The notes below the pieces were generated by a model. It made no database searches. It had not been told where the DNA came from and saw only the letters and a program-made list of their open reading frames with translations. Made by a program: the position numbers and the translations under genes. This document shows, piece by piece, positions 45,305 through 54,352 of a stretch of DNA of 64,000 nucleotides. The stretch's first letter is position 1. Each line of letters opens with the position of its first letter. The stretch is from the NCBI GenBank assembly GCA_021325135.1, contig JAJPHT010000046.1:64001-128000 (forward strand), in the 5' to 3' direction. This stretch comes from Pseudomonadota bacterium (lineage in GTDB: Archaea; Thermoplasmatota; SW-10-69-26; JACQPN01; JAJPHT01).

Positions 45305-45378
45305 CGGGCTTGGAGGGATTCGAACCCCCGACCATCCGGTTAAAAGCCGGACGCTCTACCTAGCTAAGCTACAAGCCC
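45305..45378 (-). tRNA. tRNA-Lys(TTT)
   Basis: Acceptor GGGCTTG/CAAGCCC-G, anticodon arm TCCGG-CTTTTAA-CCGGA, GGTTCGAATC T-loop. Confidence 0.95.
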
Positions 45379-45540
45379 TCCACGTTCGGCGAAGCGTGGG
45401 CTGGGGAAGACGGTCATCACGGCAACCCGGAACGACAACGGCGCCCGCATCCACGATCCTCGGCCGCATCGGTGCTTTCGCGCGATGGCAACCCCTGAGG
45501 GGGGTTTGGCGACCGTGATACGGGGTCTGGTATTTGAAGC

Positions 45541-46617
45541 TTAGCCTCCACCGGCGGCCTTGGAGCCCGGGGAGCCCACGTGGTCCATGGCGAGGATCGT
45601 GTAATACGCGGAGGCGCTGGCGCTCTCGAACCCGGCCGCGAGGGCGTCCTTGCCTCCGGCCTCCGCGATCATCGTGTCCATGGTGTCGTTGAGCTGGTGG
45701 TAGGCCCAGTAGTCGGTGGCGCTCTTCATGCCGGCCCAGCGCATGGTGGGGAAGCCCGCGGTGGCGAAGCTCCCCTCGTCGCTGTTGCGCGTGTCGTGGT
45801 TGTCGAACACCTGCACCGTCGCGTTGCCGCGCGGGTAGCCGAGATGGCGGAACGCGACGGCCTCCTGCACGGGGTTGAGGTCCGCGCTGTGGAGCTTCCC
45901 CGCGTAGATGCAGAGGCAGCCCGCCTTGCTGGGCCAGTTGATGCCCACCATGTCGAAGCCCACGTAGGTGACGACGTGCGCGCCGCCGGCCTTGAGGTCG
46001 TCCGCGTAGGCGCCGCTGGCCAGGAGCCCCTCCTCCTCGCCGTTGAACAGCGCGAAGACGAGGGTGCGCTCCGTCGTGACGTTGCGCAGCAGGCGCGCCA
46101 GCTCCATCACCATGGCGGTGCCGCTGCCGTTGTCGTAGGTCGCGTAGATTGTGAGGCCCGGGCCCACGGGCACGCCGGGGAGGACCGAGGGGCCCAGCGC
46201 GACGCTGGTGTCGTAGTGGCCGCCCACCACGATGACCTCGTCCGGGTGCGTCGTGCCCTTCTTCACGCCCAGCACGGCGCGCAGCGGCCCGTCCACGCTG
46301 GGAAGGCCCTGCGCATTGTAACGCTTGGAGGACGCCTCGTAGCCCATCGCCTTCAGCTGCGCCTCCAGGTCGTCGCCCGCGGCCTTCTCCAGGGGCGAGC
46401 CGGTGACGCGCGGGTGGTGCGCCGTGACGAACGCCTGGAGCCAGTCCGCGACGCCCTGCCCCTTGAGGTCGGGCTTGGGCGCGGCGCCCAGCGCGGCCAG
46501 AACGTCCTGCGTCGAGGCGTCCGCGGCGCTGGCCGTCGTCGTCGGAGCGGGGGTCTGCACGCAGCCCGCGAGCAGGGAGGCGCCCAGAAGGAGCGTGGCG
46601 AGTGCGACGGCGCGCAT
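45541..46617 (-). CDS. M28 family peptidase, lipoprotein
   Basis: LLAGC lipobox, GGHYD, DNGSG, GEEEGL, DMVG, YH...D. Confidence 0.9.
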   Translation of the reverse strand: MRAVALATLLLGASLLAGCVQTPAPTTTASAADASTQDVLAALGAAPKPDLKGQGVADWLQAFVTAHHPRVTGSPLEKAAGDDLEAQLKAMGYEASSKRYNAQGLPSVDGPLRAVLGVKKGTTHPDEVIVVGGHYDTSVALGPSVLPGVPVGPGLTIYATYDNGSGTAMVMELARLLRNVTTERTLVFALFNGEEEGLLASGAYADDLKAGGAHVVTYVGFDMVGINWPSKAGCLCIYAGKLHSADLNPVQEAVAFRHLGYPRGNATVQVFDNHDTRNSDEGSFATAGFPTMRWAGMKSATDYWAYHQLNDTMDTMIAEAGGKDALAAGFESASASAYYTILAMDHVGSPGSKAAGGG

Positions 46618-46644
46618 GGAGGCCGGCGCATCGCGCCCCCGCGC

Positions 46645-47370
46645 TTAAGGCGATTCTTGCGCGCGGCTTCCCCAGAGCGCCACGCGCCCGTAGGCCCAGA
46701 GGATCGCGAGGGCCGCCAGCGACGCGCCCACCGTCTCCGTCATGCCCGGGTCGATCCACCCCAGAAGCCCCACCGCGGGCCCCGCGGCGCCCACGCCGAT
46801 GCCGAACGCCAGGAGGCTCCCGCGCAGGCGCGTCGGCCCCGCGGGCGTGCGGCGCGTCAGCGCGAAGAGCGCCAGCACGGCCGCCACCGGCACCGCCAGG
46901 AGAAGGACGCCCAATGCCTGCCCCGAGACGCCCAGGTCGCCCCTCAGGATGAGGTCCAGGAGACGCCCCCGCGAAAGCGCGCCGTCGGGCGCGTACGACA
47001 AGGCCCCCAGCGAGACCACCGTGTACGCCGCCGCCCCCAACACGACCAGCGTCAGGTGCCGCCGCTGCCCCGTCGCCACGAAGCCCACGTGGTACGCGAG
47101 GCCCGCCAGCGCCACCGCCACCAGCGCCATGCGCGCCTCCGCGAAGGACCGCGCGAACGCCACGTCCACCGGCCCCGACGCCAGCAGCGCGGCCTCCAGC
47201 GACTGCGCCGCGCAGAGCGCCCCGCCCGCCGTCCACCACACCACGAACGCGCGCCGCGCGCCGCCCCCCGACTCCGGCACGGGGCGCCTCAGGACCGCGA
47301 CCGTCGCCACCACGCACGCGACCGCCGCGACCCCGTAGGCCAGGGCGAGCAGCGGAAGCGCAGATGGCAT
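46645..47370 (-). CDS. Hypothetical multi-TM (about 7) membrane protein
   Basis: Alternating hydrophobic segments. Confidence 0.65.
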   Translation of the reverse strand: MPSALPLLALAYGVAAVACVVATVAVLRRPVPESGGGARRAFVVWWTAGGALCAAQSLEAALLASGPVDVAFARSFAEARMALVAVALAGLAYHVGFVATGQRRHLTLVVLGAAAYTVVSLGALSYAPDGALSRGRLLDLILRGDLGVSGQALGVLLLAVPVAAVLALFALTRRTPAGPTRLRGSLLAFGIGVGAAGPAVGLLGWIDPGMTETVGASLAALAILWAYGRVALWGSRAQESP

Positions 47371-47504
47371 GCGTCGTCTCTCGCCCTCCACGGCTCATCA
47401 ACGCATCGCGACGCCGATTCCCGCCATGCCGCGCCCACGCCCCTCTGAGCCCCCAGAGCCCTTAAATGGGGGGACCGGCATCGCGCGGCCCGGAGCCCGC
47501 TCCC

Positions 47505-47681
47505 ATGCTCTCCCAGAAGATCACCGACATCTGCTCGTCGTGCGGCACCCGCCTGCTGGGCAAGTCCACGACCTCCTTCAAGTGCCCCGCCTGCGGCGAA
47601 GGCCACATCGGCCGCTGCGCGCAGTGCCGCGACCAGAGCGTCCACTACAAGTGCGACGCCTGCGGCTTCATGGGCCCCTGA
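47505..47681 (+). CDS. Conserved archaeal double zinc-finger protein (DUF1610/HVO_2753-like)
   Basis: CSSC, FKCPACG, IGRCAQCR, YKCDACGFMGP; immediately upstream of aEF-1beta. Confidence 0.9.
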   Translation: MLSQKITDICSSCGTRLLGKSTTSFKCPACGEGHIGRCAQCRDQSVHYKCDACGFMGP

Positions 47682-47690
47682 GGTGCCAAC

Positions 47691-47984
47691 ATGAGCCACT
47701 CCGCCCCCAAGCTCGACCTCATCGTCGAGTTCAAGCTCATGCCCGAAGGCGCCGAGGTCGACGTCAAGCACCTCGGCCAGACCGCCCTCGACACCGTCAA
47801 GAAGGTCGCCCCCGACGCCAAGGTCCAGAACGTCGAGTTCAAGCCCGTCGCCTTCGGCCTCAAGTCGGTCAACGTCACCATCCTCATGTCCGACGCCGCC
47901 GGCGGCCCCGACGCCCTCGAAGAGGCCTTCAACGGCCTCGACGGCGTCGGCAGCGCCTCCGTCGTCGAGATGGGCCGCATCTGA
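47691..47984 (+). CDS. ef1b: Translation elongation factor aEF-1beta
   Basis: FKLMPE, PVAFGLK, GGPDALEE, GVGSASV. Confidence 0.92.
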   Translation: MSHSAPKLDLIVEFKLMPEGAEVDVKHLGQTALDTVKKVAPDAKVQNVEFKPVAFGLKSVNVTILMSDAAGGPDALEEAFNGLDGVGSASVVEMGRI

Positions 47985-48042
47985 GCCTGCGGCCCCGGGC
48001 TCCTTTTCCATTCTCACATCCTTTCTCCGAGCGTGAGCCACG

Positions 48043-48210
48043 ATGGACCCCGGGCTCTGCGGGACCTGCCGGCACGCGAAGCGCATCGAGACCGCCAGGA
48101 GCACCTTCTGGATGTGCCAGCGGGCCGCCGACGAGCCGCGGGTGTTCGCCAAATACCCGAGGTTGCCGGTGGTGGGGTGCGGGGGGTACGAGGGGAGGGA
48201 GATTGGTTGA
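48043..48210 (+). CDS. 55-aa 4-Cys microprotein (not in ORF track)
   Basis: MDPGLCGTCRHAKRIETARSTFWMCQRAADEPRVFAKYPRLPVVGCGGYEGREIG. Confidence 0.75.
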   Translation: MDPGLCGTCRHAKRIETARSTFWMCQRAADEPRVFAKYPRLPVVGCGGYEGREIG

Positions 48211-48390
48211 CGGGTTCGACTTTGAGCGGAGGTGGGCGCAGGTGCGCACGGGTGAACCCAGGCGGGCGCGGTTGGTCCCAGGTGGATGGACATCAGGGCA
48301 GTTGGCCCTAACAGGCCCGACCTGGATCGACCTTCGCCCCTCCGGGCGGACCTGCGCGGAGACGGGCCCAGTTCCGTCCAGCCGCGCGCA
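48205..48390 (+). repeat. 10-bp-periodic intergenic element, copy 1
   Basis: 43-bp head (48205-48247) matches the reverse complement of 56803-56845 at 42/43; A at 15 of 19 consecutive 10-bp-phased positions. Confidence 0.85.
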
Positions 48391-49113
48391 TCACGCCGGC
48401 CGATCGCCCAGGTACAACCGCCCGACGTTAGGGTCGGCCAGCAGCTCGGCCCCCGTGCCCGTGTAGGCGTTCTTGCCCTGGTCCAGCACGTAGCCGCGGT
48501 CGCTCTTGAGGAGGGCCTTCTTGGCGTTCTGCTCGACGAGGAGGACGGGCGTCCCGGCGTCGGCGATGCGGCGGGCCTGGTCGAAGACGAGGTCCTGGAG
48601 GTTGGGGGCGAGGCCGGCGCTGGGCTCGTCGAGGAGGAGGACGGCGGGCTCCATCATGAGGGCGCGGCCGATGGCGACCATCTGGCGTTGGCCCCCGCTC
48701 ATGCGGCCGACGCGCTCCTTGGCGCGCTCGCGCAGGACGGGGAAGAGGTCGTGGACGCGGGCGCGCGCTTCGGCGATCTCCTTGGGGGGGAGGAGGAAGG
48801 CGCCCATGTCGAGGTTCTCGTCGACGGTCATGGTGGCGAAGACGTTGTTGACCTGCGGGACGTAGGCGAGGCCTTCGCCGACGAGCTTGTCGGGCGCGTG
48901 GCCGGTGATGTCCTTTCCCAGGAGGCTCACCGATCCGCCGCGGGGCTTGAGGAGCCCGGCGATGGCCTTGAGGAGCGTGCTCTTGCCGGCGCCGTTGGGG
49001 CCGAGGATGCAGACCAGCTCGGCGGGCATGACCTCGACGCTAGCGCCCTGGAGGATGTTCACCTCGCCGTAGCCCGCGACGACGCCTTCGGCGGCCAGCA
49101 CAGGGTCGGGCAT
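48391..49113 (-). CDS. livF: Branched-chain amino acid ABC ATPase
   Basis: GPNGAGKST, MSGGQRQM, LLDEPSAGL, LLVEQN. Confidence 0.92.
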   Translation of the reverse strand: MPDPVLAAEGVVAGYGEVNILQGASVEVMPAELVCILGPNGAGKSTLLKAIAGLLKPRGGSVSLLGKDITGHAPDKLVGEGLAYVPQVNNVFATMTVDENLDMGAFLLPPKEIAEARARVHDLFPVLRERAKERVGRMSGGQRQMVAIGRALMMEPAVLLLDEPSAGLAPNLQDLVFDQARRIADAGTPVLLVEQNAKKALLKSDRGYVLDQGKNAYTGTGAELLADPNVGRLYLGDRPA

Positions 49114-49893
49114 TCAGGCGGCGCCTCCGAGGTAGGCCTCGATGACGTCGGGGTGGGCGCGGACGGTGGCGGCGTCGCCTTCGATGAGCTTCCTGCCGGT
49201 GGCCATGACGACGATGGGGTGGCAGCGCTCGAAGACGGCTTCCAGGTTGTGCTCGACGAGGACGAAGGTGATGCCGCGCTCGCGGCGGAGGGCCTCCACT
49301 TTGTCGAGGAGCTTGCGGGCGAGGGTGGGGTTGACGCCGGCCATGGGCTCGTCCATGAGGACGAGGCGCGGCTCGCGCATGAGGGCGCGCGCCAATTCCA
49401 GGAGCTTCTTCTGGCCTCCGGAGAGGGAGCCCGCGTAGCTGTCGGCGAGGCGCGTCAGCTCGAAGAGCGATAGCATCTCGTCGGCCTTCCGGCGCAGCGC
49501 CTCCTCCTCGTGGCGGACCTGCGGCGCGGCGAAGAGGGGCCCCCAGACGCGCTCGCCCACCTGCCCGTCGGGGGCGAGCATGAGGTTCTCGCGCACGGTC
49601 ATGCGGGAGAGCGCGCGGGTGAGCTGGAAGGTGCGCGCGATGCCGCGGCGCGCGCGGCGCCACGCGGCGAGGCGCGTCACGTCCTGGCCCTCGAAGAGGA
49701 CCTTGCCGGAGGTGGGCCTGTAGGCGCCGGCGAGGAGGTTGAAGTACGTGGTCTTGCCCGCGCCGTTGGGGCCGATGATGCCCGTGAGCGTGCCGCGGCG
49801 GACCTTGAGCGTCACGCCGTCGACGGCCTTGAGGCCCCCGAACTGCTTGCGCAGGTCGACGGTCTCCAGGATGATATCACCCTCATTTGCCAA
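49114..49893 (-). CDS. livG: Branched-chain amino acid ABC ATPase
   Basis: FGGLKAVD, GPNGAGKTT, GIARTFQ, VIEAYLG. Confidence 0.92.
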   Translation of the reverse strand: MANEGDIILETVDLRKQFGGLKAVDGVTLKVRRGTLTGIIGPNGAGKTTYFNLLAGAYRPTSGKVLFEGQDVTRLAAWRRARRGIARTFQLTRALSRMTVRENLMLAPDGQVGERVWGPLFAAPQVRHEEEALRRKADEMLSLFELTRLADSYAGSLSGGQKKLLELARALMREPRLVLMDEPMAGVNPTLARKLLDKVEALRRERGITFVLVEHNLEAVFERCHPIVVMATGRKLIEGDAATVRAHPDVIEAYLGGAA

Positions 49894-51160
49894 GGGACAT
49901 CTCCTCCTTGGAGCCCACGAGGCCTTGGGGCCGCAGCATGACGACGAGGATGAGGACGAGGCCCACGAGGATGGCCTGGGGCGGGCCGGCGAAGGCGATG
50001 TGGTGCTGGGTGAAGAAGGGGAGCGAGGTGAGGTTGCCGGCCAGCTCGAAGATGCCCCAGATGAGGATGGCGCCCACGATGGCGCCCTTGTGGTTGCCCA
50101 CGCCGCCCAGGACGAGGATGGCGAAGCTGTAGAAGGTGACGATGGCGAGGAAGTCCTCGGGGACGACGCTGGCGACGTTCCAGATGAACAGGATGCCGGC
50201 GACGGCCGCGAGGGCGCTGCCGATCATGAGGGCTTGGAGCTTGTAGAGGAGCGCGTTCTTGCCCAGGGAGGCGGCGACGTCCTCGTCCTCGCGGATGGCC
50301 TTCAGCACGCGGCCCCAGGGCGCGCGGGCCAGCGTCTCCAGGAGGACGAACGCGATGGCGACGCAGAGGATCCCCATGGCGGCGTTGGCGAGGCCCGTGG
50401 GCAACACGTTCCAGTGCTTCGCGAGGTCCTTCATCCACTGCGTGTGCGTGGCCCAGTCGAAGATGGGGCGCGGCACGCTCTGGATGCCCTGCGAGCCGTT
50501 GGTGATATCCGCTTCGTTGAGGGTGAGGAGGAAGACCACCTGGGAGAAGCCCAGGGTCGCGATGGCGAGGTAGTCCTCGCGCAGGCGCAGGCCCGCGAGG
50601 CCCACGACGAGGCCCGCCAGCGTGCTCGCGGCGATGCCGATGAGGACGCCCAGGAAGACGGTGGCGTTGAGCGCGCCGCGCGGGCCCAGGGGGTACATGG
50701 TGGCGCCCGCGTAGATCGCGGCGGCGAGCCCCAGCGCGGCGGCGATCCCGATGGCGACGCGGCGGCGCTTCGCGAAGCGTTGCGCGACCTGGAGCGCGAG
50801 CGCGTAGACGAGGAATCCCAGGCAGAGGGCGATGAGCGCGATGACGGCGAACGCCCACGGCTGCGCGCCCTGGAGCGCGGGCACCACGGCGTCGCGCTGC
50901 TTGAGGACGAAGACGGCGGCGCCGTACGCGCCCAGGCCCATGAACGCGACGTGGCCGAAGTTGAGCAGGCCCGCGTAGCCCATCTCCACCGAGAGGCCCA
51001 GCGCGAGGAGCGCGTAGATGGCGACGGTCATCGCGACGCCCAGGAGGTACGTCCCGCGCAGCGCGTGGTCGGGGCTCATGAGGCCGAAGAGGGAGAGCCC
51101 GCCGAAGACGACGACGAGCGTGCCCGCGAGCACGAGCCATTCGCGGACGCCGCGTCGCAT
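49883..51160 (-). CDS. livM: Branched-chain amino acid ABC permease
   Basis: GYAGLLNFGHVAFMGLGAY, RLREDYLAIATLGF, AIREDE. Confidence 0.92.
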   Translation of the reverse strand: MRRGVREWLVLAGTLVVVFGGLSLFGLMSPDHALRGTYLLGVAMTVAIYALLALGLSVEMGYAGLLNFGHVAFMGLGAYGAAVFVLKQRDAVVPALQGAQPWAFAVIALIALCLGFLVYALALQVAQRFAKRRRVAIGIAAALGLAAAIYAGATMYPLGPRGALNATVFLGVLIGIAASTLAGLVVGLAGLRLREDYLAIATLGFSQVVFLLTLNEADITNGSQGIQSVPRPIFDWATHTQWMKDLAKHWNVLPTGLANAAMGILCVAIAFVLLETLARAPWGRVLKAIREDEDVAASLGKNALLYKLQALMIGSALAAVAGILFIWNVASVVPEDFLAIVTFYSFAILVLGGVGNHKGAIVGAILIWGIFELAGNLTSLPFFTQHHIAFAGPPQAILVGLVLILVVMLRPQGLVGSKEEMSLGK

Positions 51161-52221
51161 CACGCCTTCCTCCCGAGGATGCCCTGCGGCCGGAGGATCA
51201 GCACGGCAACGAGGACGAGGAACGCCCACGCGATGTCGTACTTGGCGGGCCCGATGCGCATGGCGAGGCCCACGACGAGGCCGCCCACCATGGCGCCGTA
51301 GGGGCTCCCGATGCCGCCCAGCAGCACGGCGGCGAAGATGGGGATGATGACGTTGAACCCCATGTCGGTGCGCAGGCTGTTGTTCTGGTTGAGGCAGAGC
51401 AGGACGCCCGCGAGGGCCACCAGCGCGGCGGCCAGGACCCAGACGTGGACGACGACGCGGTTCACGTCGATGCCGCACACCCTCGCGAGGTCGCGGTTGT
51501 CCGCCAGGGCACGCATCGCCTTGCCCGTGCGCGTGCGCGACATGAAGAGGTGGACGCCCAGGATCACCAGCGCCGCGAGGGCGAGGGTGAGCCACTGCGC
51601 GTTGGAGACGTAGACACCCAGGTACGAGCGCGAGGCGTCCACCGTGCGCTGGAGGCTCACCTGGTCGCCGCCGAAGGCCATCTGGATCGCGTTGCGCAGG
51701 ATCAGCGAGAGGCCCAGGCTGGCGATGACGAGGCTCAGCACGGTGGCGCCGCGGCGGCGCAGGGGCCGCCAGAGGGCGAGCTCCAGGAGGACGGAGAGGA
51801 GCACCGTGGCGGCGATGCCCAGGAGCGTCGCGAGGACGAGCACGCGGTCCGTGGTGCCCAGCCACGCGCCGGGCTGGCGCCACTGCACGTAGGCCGCGTC
51901 CAGCGCCAGCGCCAGGGCGAAGCCCGCGAGGACCCACCGCTCCAGGCGCGCGAGCTTGCGCGTCCAGAGGCGATCTGCCAGCACCGCCAGGCCGATCACG
52001 ATCGCGACGCCCAGCGCGAGAGGCACGATCCTCGCTCCCAGGTAGAGGCTCGTGCCGAAGAGGAACGCCATGTACGCGCCGAAGGTCAGCGTGTCGCCGT
52101 GCGCGAAGGTGGAGAGGTTGAGGATGCCGTAGATCAGCGTGAGCCCGATGGCGCACAGCGCGAGGATCGCGCCGAACACGAGGCCGTTGGCGACGGGCTG
52201 CAGCCACGCGCTGAGGTCCAC
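51160..52221 (-). CDS. livH: Branched-chain amino acid ABC permease
   Basis: GLTLIYG...FAHGD, GKAMRA, LGGIGSPYGA. Confidence 0.92.
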   Translation of the reverse strand: MDLSAWLQPVANGLVFGAILALCAIGLTLIYGILNLSTFAHGDTLTFGAYMAFLFGTSLYLGARIVPLALGVAIVIGLAVLADRLWTRKLARLERWVLAGFALALALDAAYVQWRQPGAWLGTTDRVLVLATLLGIAATVLLSVLLELALWRPLRRRGATVLSLVIASLGLSLILRNAIQMAFGGDQVSLQRTVDASRSYLGVYVSNAQWLTLALAALVILGVHLFMSRTRTGKAMRALADNRDLARVCGIDVNRVVVHVWVLAAALVALAGVLLCLNQNNSLRTDMGFNVIIPIFAAVLLGGIGSPYGAMVGGLVVGLAMRIGPAKYDIAWAFLVLVAVLILRPQGILGRKA

Positions 52222-52302
52222 GGGAGATGGCTCCGTCTTCTTTCTATGGGCTCCTGCGGGAAAACCATATCGCTACGGCGCGGGCGCGGTGATGACCTCC
52301 TG

Positions 52303-52394
52303 GTCAAGGGTCCAAAGAACGCGACGAGCGCCACGAGCGCAAAGGACGCAAAGGAAGAAATCATCGCGACCTTGGCGCTCTTTGGACCCTGGAC
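52303..52394. repeat. Hairpin built from 9-bp units
   Basis: 20-bp arms (18/20 match) enclosing five RCGCAAAGR-like nonamers and three inverted ones. Confidence 0.75.
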
Positions 52395-52401
52395 GAGTGG
52401 A

Positions 52402-53388
52402 TCAAAGCGCGTACTTGCCGCGCTTCTGGACCTGCACGCCGTCGAGCCACACGTCGGTGTCGAGGATCACCACGTCGACGTGGGTCCGCGCGTTCCAGGG
52501 CGCGCCGGTCTGGTCGCCGTAGGGGTTGCCGAACGCGACGTGGACGCCGGGGATCTTCTCGTCCTGGAGGAGGTTGCCCACGAGCTTCGTGAGGCCCAGG
52601 TTTGTGCCCATGGCGAACTCGCCGGCGCGCGTGCCCATGGGGTCCGAGAGGAGATATTCCTTGAACTCGCGCACGACGTCGGGGTTGCCCCCGGTGATGG
52701 TGTCGACCTGCACCTTGCTGTCGCGCACCTCGAAGCGGAGCGGAGGGACGAGTTCCTCGTACTTCTCCGAGAAGAAGTCGCCCAGGAGGTTGGTCACGAT
52801 GGTGCCGTGGAGCCAGACGGGCGCGGTGTAGACCTCGCCCGCGGGGAGGTTGCCCCAGTCGCCCTTCGCGTGGAACTTGCCCGTGTCGGGGAGCCACTTC
52901 CAATCGGGGTGGAAAACGACCTCGAAGTCGGTGCCGTTGGGGTTCGTGACGCGGGCCTTGCGGACGCCCTGCACGCGGTGGAAGAGCCTCATGGTGAGGT
53001 CGGCGACCGCGTCGTAATCCGCGTTCATGCCCATCTCCATGAGCTGCGTCGTGACGCCGGGCATGTGGCCGTGGCGCGCGCTCTTGAGGTGCTTGCGGTA
53101 CGCCATGCGCACGGGAAGCTCGCCCTTGACGCTGGCGGCGGCCCAGAGGGAGACGTCCGCGCGCTCCGCGGCGTCGGCCAGCGCCTTGGGGACTTCCACG
53201 AGGGGGCGCGGGCCGAACTCCTCCAGCACGAAGCGGTGGACCTTGTCGGTGACCTTGCGCGCGGCCTTCTCCAGCGCGTCGCCCACCTCGGGGACCTTCC
53301 GGTCGGTGACGAGGACGACCGACTCGCCCGGCTTGACGCCCATGCACGTCTCGATGGCGTTGCGCGCGCCCTGCTCCAGCTTGGACAC
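52402..53388 (-). CDS. Aminopeptidase, M29-like
   Basis: GNLPAGEVY, GEFAMGTN, LLQDEK..GVHVAFG, THVD. Confidence 0.9.
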   Translation of the reverse strand: MSKLEQGARNAIETCMGVKPGESVVLVTDRKVPEVGDALEKAARKVTDKVHRFVLEEFGPRPLVEVPKALADAAERADVSLWAAASVKGELPVRMAYRKHLKSARHGHMPGVTTQLMEMGMNADYDAVADLTMRLFHRVQGVRKARVTNPNGTDFEVVFHPDWKWLPDTGKFHAKGDWGNLPAGEVYTAPVWLHGTIVTNLLGDFFSEKYEELVPPLRFEVRDSKVQVDTITGGNPDVVREFKEYLLSDPMGTRAGEFAMGTNLGLTKLVGNLLQDEKIPGVHVAFGNPYGDQTGAPWNARTHVDVVILDTDVWLDGVQVQKRGKYAL

Positions 53389-53435
53389 GCAGGCGCCACC
53401 GGCGCGCAGGGGAAAAAAGGTGGCGCCCTCGCGGC

Positions 53436-54305
53436 TCAGGCCAGGGGGCGGAGGTCCCAGCCGAACGTGGGCTGGCCGCCCAGGCCGCCCTCCCCCAGGA
53501 AGGCGTCCATGGCGCGCCGCGCGGCCGTCTCCGTCTCGGGCTGCGCGACGTGCAGCCACCCCCCTGTTGCCCCGTGCGAGCCCGCGAAGAGAAAGAGCGA
53601 GGCCGGCCCCTCCTCCACGCTGAACGCCAGCGTCGAGAAGGAGAACGTGAGGACCCACGGGCCTATCGTGTACGTCGCCTGCGCGCTCCCGCCGTTGAGG
53701 GGCTCGGGCTCGGGGAGGTCGCCCGGGGCGAGGTCGCGCAGGAGCGCGTCGAGGCGGAAGGGCCCCGAGAGGTTCGCGGCCGCGCTCTCCCGGGTGGCGG
53801 GCGCCTTGGGCTGCGTGCGGAGCTGGCTGAAGTCCCAGTCGGACTCGCGCGCGCGGGAGAGCGCGTCGTCCATCCACGCCCCGCGCGCGGACCCGTTGAG
53901 GCTGGTGAGGTCCGCGAGCACGCCGTCGAGGCGCTGGCGGACCTCATCCTGCCCCAGGCGCACGTCCCAGTCCGCGGTGAGGGTCGCGTTGCCCGGGTCC
54001 GCCGCCAGAAGCGCGGCCTGGAAGGAGGCTCGCCCCGCGCGCGGGTCGGACGAGGCCCACGTCGCCTGCTGGAGCGCGTGCGCGCCCCAGCGCGCCTCCA
54101 GCCGCGGGTCCGCCAGGGGTACGCCTTGCGCGGGACGGAGGCGGACGTGGGGGTTCCCTGCGTCGAGGAGCGCCTGGAGCGCGTCGCGCAGGCGGGGCCC
54201 GTCGGCGTGCACCGTCCAGTCGGTGTGGCAGTCGCATCGCGGGGCGCTGGCCGCGCACCCCGCCGACGCCAGCACGGCCACGAGAAGCAGGACCCGCGCG
54301 CGCAT
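53436..54305 (-). CDS. Putative lipoprotein with CxCH motif (paralog)
   Basis: SAGC lipobox-like, CDCH, GVPL...LEARWG. Confidence 0.65.
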   Translation of the reverse strand: MRARVLLLVAVLASAGCAASAPRCDCHTDWTVHADGPRLRDALQALLDAGNPHVRLRPAQGVPLADPRLEARWGAHALQQATWASSDPRAGRASFQAALLAADPGNATLTADWDVRLGQDEVRQRLDGVLADLTSLNGSARGAWMDDALSRARESDWDFSQLRTQPKAPATRESAAANLSGPFRLDALLRDLAPGDLPEPEPLNGGSAQATYTIGPWVLTFSFSTLAFSVEEGPASLFLFAGSHGATGGWLHVAQPETETAARRAMDAFLGEGGLGGQPTFGWDLRPLA

Positions 54306-54352
54306 CCGCGGCTTCCACGAAGGCGCGCCGCATGGGCCTTTCGGAACCGGCC

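Noticed and set aside
48211-48221. tRNA fragment or att site (GGTTCGACT) in the repeat head
   Set aside because: No T-stem pairing or acceptor half, and no match to the three tRNAs in the window
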